A stretch of DNA of 64,000 nt, from IMG/VR virus record IMGVR_UViG_3300009503_000019, positions 57,042 to 121,041 of that record; one strand, given 5' to 3'. Source of the DNA: a virus. Every line of letters begins with the position of its first letter. Position 1 is the first letter of the stretch. The notes under the pieces were generated by a model, which had not been told where the DNA came from, made no database searches, and was given only the letters and a program-made list of their open reading frames with translations. Positions 45,956-56,578 of the stretch are shown piece after piece. A program made the translations under genes and the position numbers.

Positions 45956-47500
45956 TTAAGGTGAAATTATAGTCAATGATTCAAGTTTAAAGACTGTAAC
46001 CATTGAATACAATTTATTTTCTATTTTATCTGGTAATTCTAAAGTAGATTCCCCTTCTATATAATATTTTTTTCCATCTAATGTTTCTATTTCTGCATTA
46101 AATTGTTCGAATGGAAAATATACGGTTACATTTCTAAAATTTGTATTTATAATAGTCATTATATCATCAGCTTCTACAATGCCACCTGGCGGAATTGAAT
46201 CTAGATAATCAGAAATTAATGTTTTTAAAGTATTTATATTGATTTTACCTTTAATTTTAATAGTTAATTTCACTTTTGCTACTTGTACTAACCTGACTTT
46301 CATATCCATATTAACTAATGAATTCTCATCAACATAAGACTGAATTTGTGTAGCAGAATAATTTTTTAAATGAACAGTTATAGAGCTTAATCCAGTAGTA
46401 GCAGGTATCGCTATAATAAGCTTTTCATCAATAGTATTCCGTTCTTTAGGATCAGTAACAATATCATAATAATATGTTCCTTGAGAAAAAGAATATAATT
46501 CTCCGTATCCAAATCTATAAGCTCCAAATGTGCCATATCCGAAAGGCATTCCTTTAGAAAATCCTTCTACATAGTCAACATCATAAATCATTTTTCCTGA
46601 TATTATAGTTCCATCATCCTTTTCTAATTTGAAATTTGGATCATTAAAATCGATAGTTAATTCTAGGGCATAATTACCATTATATTCGAATTCAGTAACC
46701 GGGATTTCTGTAGTTCCTTTATATGAAAGTTTGCCTGTATCATAATCTAATTTATCAACATAAATATCCGCAGAATTTGCATATACGGATCTAACAATAA
46801 CTTCATCTTTGAAAGAGACTGGAATAACATTTTTGCAACTAAATGCATTTTTAATTCGTGATACGATAGCAGGTTTTGTAATAAATTCTCTTGTATTTAA
46901 AGCATCTATGATTTGTTGATAAAATTCTTCATTAGTTACTTTTTTTGTGCCTTGAGAAAATGGATCATTGGATATTTCAACATAAGGATAAGGGAAATTT
47001 CTTATTTCTACTATACTATCTGCAGGAATATTATACTGATCCCCTTCTTCAAATGCTTCTAGTATTATCGGGACATAATAGAATTTTTTATTTTCATCAT
47101 AATAACTGCTCATTTCTTCTTTGGAAATTGATTGCGATTCTATTGGATAAAAAGATAATCCAGTATTAGAAACAAATTCATTCAAATATGATATATATAT
47201 CGATATTGGTTCTGCAAAATAAATTCTTACCAATCCTCTTGCTTTTGTAGAAGCTTGACGAGTAACAAAAAAATTTGATGCGTATTTATCCATTAACTCT
47301 TCAGGCATTGTGGAATAGTTAGATAAGAATGACATTTCTACACTTTGATTAAACATGTTGAGATAATGAGAAATCAAATATGCCGATGCACTTACAAATA
47401 AATCATAATAAGGAGTTCCGGGTCTCAAATCTAAGGAAGGAAACTTCTCTTTTAATAAAGTAACAATGACTTTTTCTATTTCTTCTACAGGTATAATCAT
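45956..47500 (-). CDS. Baseplate J-like wedge protein
   Basis: FPSLDLRPGTPYYDL, ASNFFVTRQ..TKARGLVRIYF, EAFEEGDQYNI; ATG 47500. Confidence 0.75.
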   Translation of the reverse strand: MIIPVEEIEKVIVTLLKEKFPSLDLRPGTPYYDLFVSASAYLISHYLNMFNQSVEMSFLSNYSTMPEELMDKYASNFFVTRQASTKARGLVRIYFAEPISIYISYLNEFVSNTGLSFYPIESQSISKEEMSSYYDENKKFYYVPIILEAFEEGDQYNIPADSIVEIRNFPYPYVEISNDPFSQGTKKVTNEEFYQQIIDALNTREFITKPAIVSRIKNAFSCKNVIPVSFKDEVIVRSVYANSADIYVDKLDYDTGKLSYKGTTEIPVTEFEYNGNYALELTIDFNDPNFKLEKDDGTIISGKMIYDVDYVEGFSKGMPFGYGTFGAYRFGYGELYSFSQGTYYYDIVTDPKERNTIDEKLIIAIPATTGLSSITVHLKNYSATQIQSYVDENSLVNMDMKVRLVQVAKVKLTIKIKGKININTLKTLISDYLDSIPPGGIVEADDIMTIINTNFRNVTVYFPFEQFNAEIETLDGKKYYIEGESTLELPDKIENKLYSMVTVFKLESLTIISP

Positions 47501-47584
47501 CAAAAAAAATTATAGATATTTTTTTATTTTAATTCAAATAAAAAAAATAGGTTGTGATAGGAATAAGGAATGTTTTACTTCAAT

Positions 47585-48364
47585 TTATTTTTTCTTCAAT
47601 TGATTTTTTAGCTTCTTCAACTCTTCTAGATTTTTAGGATCATCCGCAATCTTAACTCCATTTGGAATTGGGATTTTCCTCCACTTTATTGCAAAATAAA
47701 CTTCTTTAGATGGAGGATTTTGGATAGCAACTGTTCTGCCATTAGGATCAGAAAAACTAATTCTCTGTTTTTCTGGAATTTCTACTTTAATTATATGATG
47801 ATTCATTGTAGATAAATAGAAACGAGTTCTCACTTCGTTTGGAAGATTAAAATGATACTTCTCTTTCAAGGTTTTTATCATTGATTCTGATACCGGTTTA
47901 TCATCGGGTAATTTGAATGTGGGTTGAATTATGATGATATCTCCATAACTGGCCAATTTCGTAATATTTTTTGTGAGACATTCTTCACAAACGGGGACAG
48001 TGATCTCCATACCATTAAATAGATGATTTGTATATTCTTTCGTTTCCATGATGTAGATTTTTGTCAAATTTCCGGTTTTGTGATTGGATAATTCCGCCTT
48101 TGTCTTGACTATTGCCCATTTATTTCCGCATTTTTCGCATTTGAAATATCGAGGCATTTCTTTTCTGCAGGTGGGGCATATATATTCAACTACACCTGCA
48201 GAAAGAACAGCTCCACTCAGTTTTACCTTTTCTCCGGTTAAACCGGAGAAAAGGATTAATTCTAAATCGTCCCCAGAAAATTCTTTCTGGAGACTAATTT
48301 TTGTTTCCTGGTCCCCATAGGACCAGTACCTTCCACATTCTTTACAATGATATACTTTTGTCAT
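47585..48364 (-). CDS. Double Zn-ribbon hypothetical protein
   Basis: CKEC...CPTC and CEKC...CEEC; start moved to ATG 48364 (AAGGAGGT RBS). Confidence 0.7.
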   Translation of the reverse strand: MTKVYHCKECGRYWSYGDQETKISLQKEFSGDDLELILFSGLTGEKVKLSGAVLSAGVVEYICPTCRKEMPRYFKCEKCGNKWAIVKTKAELSNHKTGNLTKIYIMETKEYTNHLFNGMEITVPVCEECLTKNITKLASYGDIIIIQPTFKLPDDKPVSESMIKTLKEKYHFNLPNEVRTRFYLSTMNHHIIKVEIPEKQRISFSDPNGRTVAIQNPPSKEVYFAIKWRKIPIPNGVKIADDPKNLEELKKLKNQLKKK

Positions 48365-48447
48365 TTTTACCTCCTTTTTTACTTTTTTTAAAAAAATCCT
48401 TATTCCTATCACAACCTAAATTATTTATAACAGATTTTTTCAAAGAT

Positions 48448-48476
48448 TTGACTTTAGATTTATTAAATTATATAAT
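48448..48476 (+). promoter_or_regulatory. sigma70-type promoter
   Basis: TTGACT-17-TATAAT just before ATG 48483. Confidence 0.8.
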
Positions 48477-48482
48477 TTTCTT

Positions 48483-48833
48483 ATGACATATTTAAAACAT
48501 GCTCAATATTTACCATATTATCCTTATCAACCCGCTCCTCCTTCAACACCACCATTGACAGCTCAAGATTTGTTACATGATTTAATAGCAGGTGGATTAT
48601 TAAGTGCAGGAGCAATTGGGGCATTATCTTTTTTTCAAAGACGAGCTCTTCAAGGAATTCCTTATGTTAAAGGTCCAGAAATAGAACGATTAGCTAGGAG
48701 AGCAGCTCTTATAGAAAAATTATATGGCCCAGCGTTATTATTAGTATTATTGCCACCGGCATTTGATATTGCATATAGAATATTAAATAGAAAGAATATA
48801 AATCAACCTATACAAGGAGGATTTATGATATGA
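48483..48833 (+). CDS. K-x-A motif membrane protein
   Basis: MTYLKHAQ start; two hydrophobic helices flanked by Arg. Confidence 0.75.
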   Translation: MTYLKHAQYLPYYPYQPAPPSTPPLTAQDLLHDLIAGGLLSAGAIGALSFFQRRALQGIPYVKGPEIERLARRAALIEKLYGPALLLVLLPPAFDIAYRILNRKNINQPIQGGFMI

Positions 48834-49882
48834 AAATAGATTTTCTTGATGATTATGATAAGGAAATATTAAAGAAAATAGCATCTTCTGAAAAAATTCC
48901 TGATATAGTGTATCAAGCTACGCCTAAAAATTATAGGAATCTCCCACCTGAAAGTTATGGATTAATTATTGTTGCTTCTGATGATAAAATCCATAAAAAA
49001 TTTCCTTGTGCAGATGGAGCTTCTACATGGTTATCTATGCAGTATTTTGTCAGAACTCGACAAAATTTACATCCTGAAGCACAAAAAATTGCTGCTTCTA
49101 TGCTTAAAAAGAATTGTAAAAAATATGATATTAAGCCCCATCCTATTATTGAAAAACTAGCTCAAGATGATATTTCCTCAAATGTTTATCATGAAAAAAC
49201 TGAAACACCTCCGCTTGAAGGTGATTTTTTACTTCCTGAAAAAGGCCATCTTCCTGTAAAAGGAAGGGATGATTTACAAAAATATATAAATGCATTTGAT
49301 CAAATAACCGCACCATATTCTTCAGATGAAAAAAAGAAAATTGCATTTAATATAGTGAAACTTTCTAAAGGATATGATGTAGAAGTTCCAGATAATATAA
49401 AATCTCTTGCAAAATCCCATGCTGAGGAAACTTTAAAAGAAACAATGAAACCTACGGAAATTAAGACCGCAATGAATAAATTTCTTGCACATAAACTTGA
49501 CTTATTACCTCGAGATAGAGTAGACGAAGCAAAAAAATTATTTAAGAAAGCAAGTATTCTTAAAATAAAAGTTCCTCCAGATATAAAAGCATATGCAAAA
49601 AGAGGTTTCAGTGTTCTTTCTAATGAAGGATTCGAAATCAGAGCAAGTATATTGGAAGAAAGAGGAGAGTTTGAAGCTTTACCCTTGTTAGATTATATTT
49701 ATAAAAAAGCATATGAATCCTCTTCTAATGAAGCCGAATTAGAAAAACTTGCAAGGGCATTAGAACAGTTTGATTATCGATATCGATTATTTGAATTATG
49801 GGATAGAGAAATTCCCGATCCATATTTGACATTGAGTTCGATAGAATTTCCGAAACTAGAAAAAAAAGAAGAAAAAAAATAG
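48830..49882 (+). CDS. Protein with multiple K-x-A/S motifs, probably head-associated
   Basis: LKKIASS, QKIAAS, IEKLAQ, FKKAS, YKKAY, LEKLAR. Confidence 0.65.
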   Translation: MKIDFLDDYDKEILKKIASSEKIPDIVYQATPKNYRNLPPESYGLIIVASDDKIHKKFPCADGASTWLSMQYFVRTRQNLHPEAQKIAASMLKKNCKKYDIKPHPIIEKLAQDDISSNVYHEKTETPPLEGDFLLPEKGHLPVKGRDDLQKYINAFDQITAPYSSDEKKKIAFNIVKLSKGYDVEVPDNIKSLAKSHAEETLKETMKPTEIKTAMNKFLAHKLDLLPRDRVDEAKKLFKKASILKIKVPPDIKAYAKRGFSVLSNEGFEIRASILEERGEFEALPLLDYIYKKAYESSSNEAELEKLARALEQFDYRYRLFELWDREIPDPYLTLSSIEFPKLEKKEEKK

Positions 49883-50044
49883 TTATTTCTTTTTATTATC
49901 ATAATAATATAAATCATAACTATTATTTACATTATTGTTGATAAAATCAGTTATTGTTCCATCGAAGTTATTTTGATAATGATTCTTTTCACATCTATTA
50001 TTTTTTTTAAGTTTACTTAGACAGTAAATACATTTTTTGGACAT
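49883..50044 (-). CDS. 53-aa Zn-finger-like protein (not in ORF track)
   Basis: MSKKCIYCLSKLKKNNRCEKNHY...; AAAAGGAGGT RBS. Confidence 0.65.
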   Translation of the reverse strand: MSKKCIYCLSKLKKNNRCEKNHYQNNFDGTITDFINNNVNNSYDLYYYDNKKK

Positions 50045-50081
50045 ACTCAAACCTCCTTTTGGATTACAATTATCTTATAAC

Positions 50082-50681
50082 TTAATTTATGATTTTATCT
50101 TCAGAATCGGATTCAGGAAATAGCTTTATAGGTTGAGTCATTACTTCAGCACCTGCAAGTAAATTTAAATAGTATATACTACCTTTTAATTTTGAAAGAT
50201 AAATATATTCATTATTTTTATATTGAGTATATTTTTCAATGATGTCTCCTATTTCTGCATGTTCTAATAGAAATTCATTTTTCATTAACAATAAAATTGT
50301 TCTTAACATTGAAAAATATATTTTTGTAGCTTCCTCTTCAGAAGTTGTTGGAAGAAATGGATTAGTTTCCCTCATTTTTAAGAATTCTTCGATAATTTTT
50401 TTAATTGTGGAATTATCTTTAAGCAATTTTAATATAGTTAAACACAATATTACCAAAAATTCTGATGGAGAAACTTCATCATCCGCGGGTATATTATTGA
50501 ATTCTTCTTTACTTATTCCTTTAATCATTAATAAAACAGTATTAGATATAAAATTAAGAACTAAAGAATGAGGAACTTGTGAAAATTTCTTTACTGCAAT
50601 ATCTGAAAAATCTTTTAATTGATCTTCAATATGTGTATCTATTTCTTTTATAGTCATATCTATTAATTCTGTATTAGTCAT
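50082..50681 (-). CDS. Hypothetical helical protein
   Basis: 199 aa, AAGGAGGT RBS. Confidence 0.7.
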   Translation of the reverse strand: MTNTELIDMTIKEIDTHIEDQLKDFSDIAVKKFSQVPHSLVLNFISNTVLLMIKGISKEEFNNIPADDEVSPSEFLVILCLTILKLLKDNSTIKKIIEEFLKMRETNPFLPTTSEEEATKIYFSMLRTILLLMKNEFLLEHAEIGDIIEKYTQYKNNEYIYLSKLKGSIYYLNLLAGAEVMTQPIKLFPESDSEDKIIN

Positions 50682-50703
50682 GGGTATAACCTCCTTTTCC
50701 TTA

Positions 50704-51630
50704 TCAAATAAATGTCAAATATTTATAAAAGACATCAAGTATTTCTTCGCAGGAAGGCTTATGGATAGATTCTAAGTTCTTCAAACTGTTGCTTTTAATA
50801 CACATCCCATCTCTTATAAGAGTCCATTTAAGATCAGGAAATTTTTTGTTCAATTCTTCACAGAGTTCATTAGCTTTTGCAATTGGTTTTTTCAAAATTA
50901 TTCCTGTAGCACCATTATTAGATGAATAAATAATAGCCATACAATTTTTGATATGTTTAAAAATGTTTGATGATATATTATGATTTGAGGAATTTAATGC
51001 TACAAAATAATCTTTAATTTTCACGAATCTTATGAATTTTAAATAAATCTCTTCAAAAGAAAGTGTTTCTTTAGATAACTTTTCACTTAATTCCGGTTCA
51101 ATTGTAGCCACAACAATATCACACATTGAATTCAGTAATTTAGGATTTTCTTCAATTCTATTCGCTAATTCTATAAAGATTTTTAATAATTTTGGAGCCG
51201 GAACCTGTTGTGCTCTTAATGCATATATAGTATGAATTAGAGAACTCTGTTGCTTCTGGAAAGGAGCAAGTTGTCCTTTATCAGCTCGATAGCAATAATC
51301 TACTAGGTCAAAATCTTTTTCATACAATTCAGGATATTCTTCATATAAAACTTGATAAACTAATTTACAACTAGTATAAGGACCTGTTATATCATGATGA
51401 TCAATTATTGCACCTTCCATATCTACTGCAATATAATCTTTATATTTAGTATTTTTATTTTTTTGCCAATCATCAATAGTAGTAAAAATAATTTTTGTAT
51501 CTGGTATTTTCTTTAGAATTAAAAACATTGAGCACAAGTTATCTAAATCTGGATAAGTATGAGTGATCGCTTTTTTGATTTGTTCTAACTTTTTTAATTC
51601 ATCTTTTACTTGTTGCAACTTTTCTATCAT
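50704..51630 (-). CDS. DHH/MYG1-like phosphoesterase
   Basis: ITHTYPDLD, VDMEGAIIDHH, TSCKLVY. Confidence 0.6.
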   Translation of the reverse strand: MIEKLQQVKDELKKLEQIKKAITHTYPDLDNLCSMFLILKKIPDTKIIFTTIDDWQKNKNTKYKDYIAVDMEGAIIDHHDITGPYTSCKLVYQVLYEEYPELYEKDFDLVDYCYRADKGQLAPFQKQQSSLIHTIYALRAQQVPAPKLLKIFIELANRIEENPKLLNSMCDIVVATIEPELSEKLSKETLSFEEIYLKFIRFVKIKDYFVALNSSNHNISSNIFKHIKNCMAIIYSSNNGATGIILKKPIAKANELCEELNKKFPDLKWTLIRDGMCIKSNSLKNLESIHKPSCEEILDVFYKYLTFI

Positions 51631-51665
51631 GTTATCACCTCTTTCACATTATACCATAAAAAAGA

Positions 51666-52343
51666 TTAAAATGGAATTTTCCGTAAATGCTTGAACTTCC
51701 TTTCTTCCACCTGATGCTTAGTTTCGACAGAAATTGGTTTTTCTTCTTTTTGCTCCTTCCTTTGTTTTGGAGCTTGTGTTTCTCTTTGCTCAACCTCTTC
51801 AGGTTCCTCTATTTGTCCAGTTTCTGTGGATTTTTCTACTGTGGATATTGTAGATTCTGTTTCTTTTTGTTTTTCTTCTTGCAATTTCTTAGGTCGGCCT
51901 CTTTTTCTTTTCACAGTGCCTTCTGTAACTCCTTTTACTTCTTCTTCTTTTTCTTTCTTTTCAAAAGAAGTTTTTTCAAAAGAAACTGGAGTTATTATTA
52001 ATACTGAATCACTTAAAATTCTTCCAATATCATTATCAAAATTCATAGGAACGGTACTGTTAATCTTAAAATTTTTTGATAAATAATGTATTAAACTCCC
52101 ATTCAGTTTGACGCTATACGGTAATGGTCTTTCTAAATATTCTTTTATTGATGCAATCATTGCATCAGATAATTTTGCATAATCTTGTTTTTCCAAAAGC
52201 TCTTTATCTATAGTGTATCCTTTTAAAATAAAAGCTATTGTGCCATCAGTCAAGATAATATTCCCATCAATATATCCATAATGAATTTGTTGAGTGAATA
52301 CTTTCAATATGGGTTTTATTTCTTTAAGAAACTCTTCTGACAT
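51666..52343 (-). CDS. Hypothetical protein with AT-hook and charged tail
   Basis: KRKRGRPKK; start moved to ATG 52343 (AAAGGAGGTG RBS). Confidence 0.7.
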   Translation of the reverse strand: MSEEFLKEIKPILKVFTQQIHYGYIDGNIILTDGTIAFILKGYTIDKELLEKQDYAKLSDAMIASIKEYLERPLPYSVKLNGSLIHYLSKNFKINSTVPMNFDNDIGRILSDSVLIITPVSFEKTSFEKKEKEEEVKGVTEGTVKRKRGRPKKLQEEKQKETESTISTVEKSTETGQIEEPEEVEQRETQAPKQRKEQKEEKPISVETKHQVEERKFKHLRKIPF

Positions 52344-52428
52344 AATTGCACCTCCTTTTCTCATAATTTTTAATAAGATTATAACAAAAAAAGTTGAAAT
52401 TTGTAAATGATTCTGTTATTTTTCTTTT

Positions 52429-54186
52429 ATGCCATGTGATATTTCAATATTTTTAGCGATATTTTTAGATGAACTTGCAGAGATAGTAAAAACTCTTACA
52501 GATATTGCAAGATATATGACTGATTTCATGAAGAAACCAGGAGATATTGTCAAAAATGTTGCCGAGGATACTAAAGAAACTACCCTAAATGAACTGTTGA
52601 AAATAATTTCAGATACTGTAGCAGGAACAATTGCCACATTATCTGAATATGTAGAGAATGAAGTTAAGAATTTGTATCAAAAATATGTTGGAAAATATTT
52701 AGATGAGTACATGGCATGGATACAACTTGGACTCATGGGTATAGATATGATTCCTATTATGATTGCTTATACTGTTACAATTATTCAAGGGTTATTAAAT
52801 AAAGAAATTGAATATTTAGATAGAATAATTAAAGATTTAAACACTATTATCAATGCATTACAGAATATAAAAACTCCGACTAAAGCACATGATGAATTTA
52901 TCAAGAGAACAGCAGAAATGGTAATTGAATTATTAGGTAGTGCCAGTAGTGATATAATGGATGCAAAAGTTCTTGCAGATTCCTGTGAAACTTATGAAGA
53001 ATTATTAAGAAAATTAGAATCTGCTCGTAGACGTCTTAGAGCATCTATTTCTTTATTAGATTTAAAAAGATTTGGATATTATGTTGATTCCTTTGAAGTA
53101 GTAAATGGAATAAAAGATCCTACGGGAAGATTTAAGGAAACAATGAAAAATTTTTGGGAAAATGCTTTAAAAGCTCATTTAAAACAAGAATTGGATATTT
53201 ATAAAAATTTTGGTGCTAAAATAGTAAATGCAGTTGAAGATATTACAGTTACATTCGGTAGAGATTATTTTCCGAATCATATGAAACTTATTGGGCAGCT
53301 CAGAATATATAGTATGCTACGAATTATTGCACTATATCAAATAAAATATGTTGATTGTAAATTCGAAAAGGTAAGATTAAATTTGAAACAAGATGATATA
53401 CTTATGAAGGCTATCGAACAATTAGCTGACGTTACAGATGCTCCATATAAATATTGTTATATATTTCCAGCAGTATCAGCAGAAGTTACAGCAGTATTAG
53501 AATTATTAAGAGATCCTCGTTCAGAAATAACTCAGGATTTAAAAGCACAAATACAAAAAACTAATCTTGAACCTTATATCTATTCTGATGGCTATACTCG
53601 TGTAACGGACCAATTAAGAAGGTTACCGGTAATAGCAAAAGCTTTCAAATCGATAGATAGAAGCGTACGAGATTTAACCTCTATCCGTAGAGTAGTCCAA
53701 TACCAATTGAATTGGGCAACTAGTTTGGCTTTGGATTCATCTCGTCTTGCATCATTATCTAACGAACAATTGCTTCAAATAGAACAATTATTATCAAAAC
53801 TTGGGGTATCTCCAGCACAAATGCAATCATTTTTGGCATCCGAAGGAATGAACACTACAATGCAAACAATAGGTTATTCTATGTATGCGGTAAATACTTT
53901 ACTAGATTGTTTAAAAGTATCTCCGAAAGCACTTGTAGATAAAGTTGAGCAAAAATTAAGACCCAAAATTATGCAAGCTAAAACATTCAAAGATTCCCCA
54001 CTTAATTCTATGCAAGCTACTAAGAAATCACTTAAAGATGCATATAATGATTTAAAGAAAGCTTTAGAAGATGCAAAGAAATGGGCTAAAGAAACTTTTC
54101 CTGATAAAGCTGCAGGTATTACTCAGGCGGCACAAGCAGCAACTCCGCCAGACTCATTTGCAAAATATGCTTTTCCAGGTGAATAG
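52429..54186 (+). CDS. Large helical hypothetical protein
   Basis: 585 aa ORF; exact start uncertain (no clear RBS). Confidence 0.7.
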   Translation: MPCDISIFLAIFLDELAEIVKTLTDIARYMTDFMKKPGDIVKNVAEDTKETTLNELLKIISDTVAGTIATLSEYVENEVKNLYQKYVGKYLDEYMAWIQLGLMGIDMIPIMIAYTVTIIQGLLNKEIEYLDRIIKDLNTIINALQNIKTPTKAHDEFIKRTAEMVIELLGSASSDIMDAKVLADSCETYEELLRKLESARRRLRASISLLDLKRFGYYVDSFEVVNGIKDPTGRFKETMKNFWENALKAHLKQELDIYKNFGAKIVNAVEDITVTFGRDYFPNHMKLIGQLRIYSMLRIIALYQIKYVDCKFEKVRLNLKQDDILMKAIEQLADVTDAPYKYCYIFPAVSAEVTAVLELLRDPRSEITQDLKAQIQKTNLEPYIYSDGYTRVTDQLRRLPVIAKAFKSIDRSVRDLTSIRRVVQYQLNWATSLALDSSRLASLSNEQLLQIEQLLSKLGVSPAQMQSFLASEGMNTTMQTIGYSMYAVNTLLDCLKVSPKALVDKVEQKLRPKIMQAKTFKDSPLNSMQATKKSLKDAYNDLKKALEDAKKWAKETFPDKAAGITQAAQAATPPDSFAKYAFPGE

Positions 54187-54936
54187 TTAAATTTTAAATG
54201 GATTAGCATGGATATAAGGATCAAATTGTTTTATATTTTTTACAGGAACACTTACTAATCCAGTTTTTGAATTAATAGAATATAATGCTCTAAAAGATCC
54301 ACCACGCTTCATTGGGGATAAATCTAACCTTATTTGACCCTCTTGTGGTATTGATAAAGTTAATAATGGATTCGCGGTCAAAGGCAATAATATTTGTTTT
54401 AATCTATTTCTTGCATCGTTTATATCAATTTTTTTGTTTAAATGTCCAATAATATAAAATCCTCTACCTCCAGAAAATCGTATCTCTACGTCTTTAACTT
54501 CAGGGAAAGTTTTTAATAATGTAGCCACATCTTCAACAACTTTTTTTGTTGTATTAAAATCAACATTTTTAGGATCAATATCAACAACATACATAGTTGT
54601 TTTATCTCCTAAAGTTTTATGGAATTCAACGGTTCTTCGTTTAATCCAGTAACCGAAATCATTCGGATGTTCAAAGTTCTTGAATGATTCAATTTTAATT
54701 TTTTTATTCTTTTCTTTCCTTTTTAATACTGGATAATTGGGTTGAAAATGCTGAATAACAATGACATTATGACCGGCTAAATCTTCCAGAAGTCTTTTAT
54801 GAACCTCCGGAGATAGGTAATAATGGAATATGTCTGCTTTTGTTAATTTTTTATCTGGAAGATTTACAAGAGGAGTATGCCATTTTTCTATTTCACGGAT
54901 TAATGTTCCAATGGTTTGTGCAAACTTTCTTAACAT
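54187..54936 (-). CDS. LigD polymerase/primase domain (AEP superfamily)
   Basis: VVDIDP, FSGGRGFYI, RLDLSPMKRGGSFRALYS...TGLVSVPV. Confidence 0.8.
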   Translation of the reverse strand: MLRKFAQTIGTLIREIEKWHTPLVNLPDKKLTKADIFHYYLSPEVHKRLLEDLAGHNVIVIQHFQPNYPVLKRKEKNKKIKIESFKNFEHPNDFGYWIKRRTVEFHKTLGDKTTMYVVDIDPKNVDFNTTKKVVEDVATLLKTFPEVKDVEIRFSGGRGFYIIGHLNKKIDINDARNRLKQILLPLTANPLLTLSIPQEGQIRLDLSPMKRGGSFRALYSINSKTGLVSVPVKNIKQFDPYIHANPFKI

Positions 54937-54941
54937 TCATC

Positions 54942-55340
54942 TTAAACTTGGAAATTTTCTTGCACAGAATAAGCTTCTATTTCGTAAGGGATATTATAAT
55001 AGGCTTCATAGAGATTGAATCTTGTTTCTTTTTTGAAAAAGAAATTTATGAACCATGCCCAGTAGTATTTTATTCCGAATTTTAATAATCCATCGTTAGT
55101 CTGTTGTCTCAAATGAGTAAATTCATGAAGAAATAATCTTTTTGTAAGTATTCTGGATGAAATAATATATGGTTTTATAGTAATTGCAGTGAAATCCATT
55201 TTTGCAAGTGCAATCCATGCAATAATTGCTCTACATAATCCTGCCTCTTTAATTAATTCCCCAAATGAACATATTTTATAATTTTCCCAATCATCAATTG
55301 ACTTAGGTTTACATACTACATAAAAAAATCTTTTACTCAT
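54942..55340 (-). CDS. HExxH (DUF4157-like) metallopeptidase domain protein
   Basis: FLHEFTHLRQ...YYNIPYEIEAY. Confidence 0.65.
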   Translation of the reverse strand: MSKRFFYVVCKPKSIDDWENYKICSFGELIKEAGLCRAIIAWIALAKMDFTAITIKPYIISSRILTKRLFLHEFTHLRQQTNDGLLKFGIKYYWAWFINFFFKKETRFNLYEAYYNIPYEIEAYSVQENFQV

Positions 55341-55545
55341 TTTTCAGTCTCTTCAATAATTGTTGCCTTAACATCGGTAAATGCCCAATTCTTAACAATT
55401 GATGCACGACAATTTTATATGCTTCTTCATCTGAAATGTTTTTGAATGTTTTTTTTAGTCGCATCAATGTTTCAGCAACTTCTAGTTTTTCGGCCGGAGT
55501 TAATTGAATCTGGTTTAAATCTATTTCTATTTCTTTATCATTCAT
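55333..55545 (-). CDS. Hypothetical protein
   Basis: 70 aa preceded by TTGATT-17-TATTAT (55581-55553). Confidence 0.65.
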   Translation of the reverse strand: MNDKEIEIDLNQIQLTPAEKLEVAETLMRLKKTFKNISDEEAYKIVVHQLLRIGHLPMLRQQLLKRLKNE

Positions 55546-55587
55546 AGATAAAATAATACAAAAAATTTAATAAAAAATCAAATAGTT

Positions 55588-55965
55588 TCAAATAGCTAGT
55601 GAAAATGTTTTTGATCGGCCTGCTTCTGAAATAATATTTATTTTAATTGTAGCTTGATTTTCATTAAAGGTTATTGATACTAATTCTAAAGAATATAATC
55701 TTTCATCATCTGTCAAATCAAAATTCATACTCTGATCTCTTTTTATTGCTTCCTCTATTACCTTTAAGGACGATGTGAATAAATTCTTTAATTCTTCTTC
55801 AGCATTCACATTATATTGCAATGTTTCATTTATAATTTCTGTATTAATAATCCTATAAATCACTTCCTGAGCAAGTTTTTCTATTCCTTTAATTGTTTTA
55901 TTTAGCATTTGTAATTGAATTTTCCCAGTCGCAGGATCTACATATATGAACTGTAAACTATTCAT
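55588..55965 (-). CDS. gp25-like baseplate wedge protein (putative)
   Basis: IKGIEKLAQEVI...DERLYSLELVSI...INIISEAG pattern and size. Confidence 0.6.
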   Translation of the reverse strand: MNSLQFIYVDPATGKIQLQMLNKTIKGIEKLAQEVIYRIINTEIINETLQYNVNAEEELKNLFTSSLKVIEEAIKRDQSMNFDLTDDERLYSLELVSITFNENQATIKINIISEAGRSKTFSLAI

Positions 55966-56567
55966 TTTAAATTCAATATAAACAAATCAGCTTCAGGATC
56001 TCGTCTATCCAAAGGCAGCTTGATAATAATCTGAATATTAGGATCAATCTTATGAATTATATCAATTACTTTTTGTGGCTGATAATAAGAAACCCCTGCA
56101 TCATCTATTCCTGGTTTGTGATAAAATCTATCCTCATTCCATGTATCGAATAATACTAATCTTTCAGCCATATCAATCAGTTTTGATATAAATATTGATA
56201 ATACATCATATTTCTGGGTTCTTTTATAATCATCAAAATATGCGGTCACACCCCATGCTACCACAACATCACCCTTTGGTAAAACTATATTTTCTTTAAT
56301 TATATTTGCATAAATAACCTGGAATGGTAATTGTGCATTTTTCATTGCTAAATTTCTATTTGATTCGATACCAAGATAATTAAATAGCTTTCCTTTATTT
56401 ATCAAATATTTAGGTAAATCTAATGTTCCACAACCAACATCAATTAAAGTCTCATTATCAATCAAAAATTTATTTGTAATCTCGAATCTTACATTCTGTT
56501 GCTCTTTACTCAGCCATAAATTCTCAGCAAAATTTGCTTTTTTCTCTATCGTTTTCATTATTAACAT
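55962..56567 (-). CDS. Class I SAM-dependent methyltransferase
   Basis: LIDVGCGT, YLGIE, GDVVVA. Confidence 0.8.
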   Translation of the reverse strand: MLIMKTIEKKANFAENLWLSKEQQNVRFEITNKFLIDNETLIDVGCGTLDLPKYLINKGKLFNYLGIESNRNLAMKNAQLPFQVIYANIIKENIVLPKGDVVVAWGVTAYFDDYKRTQKYDVLSIFISKLIDMAERLVLFDTWNEDRFYHKPGIDDAGVSYYQPQKVIDIIHKIDPNIQIIIKLPLDRRDPEADLFILNLK

Positions 56568-56578
56568 TATATCATTTT

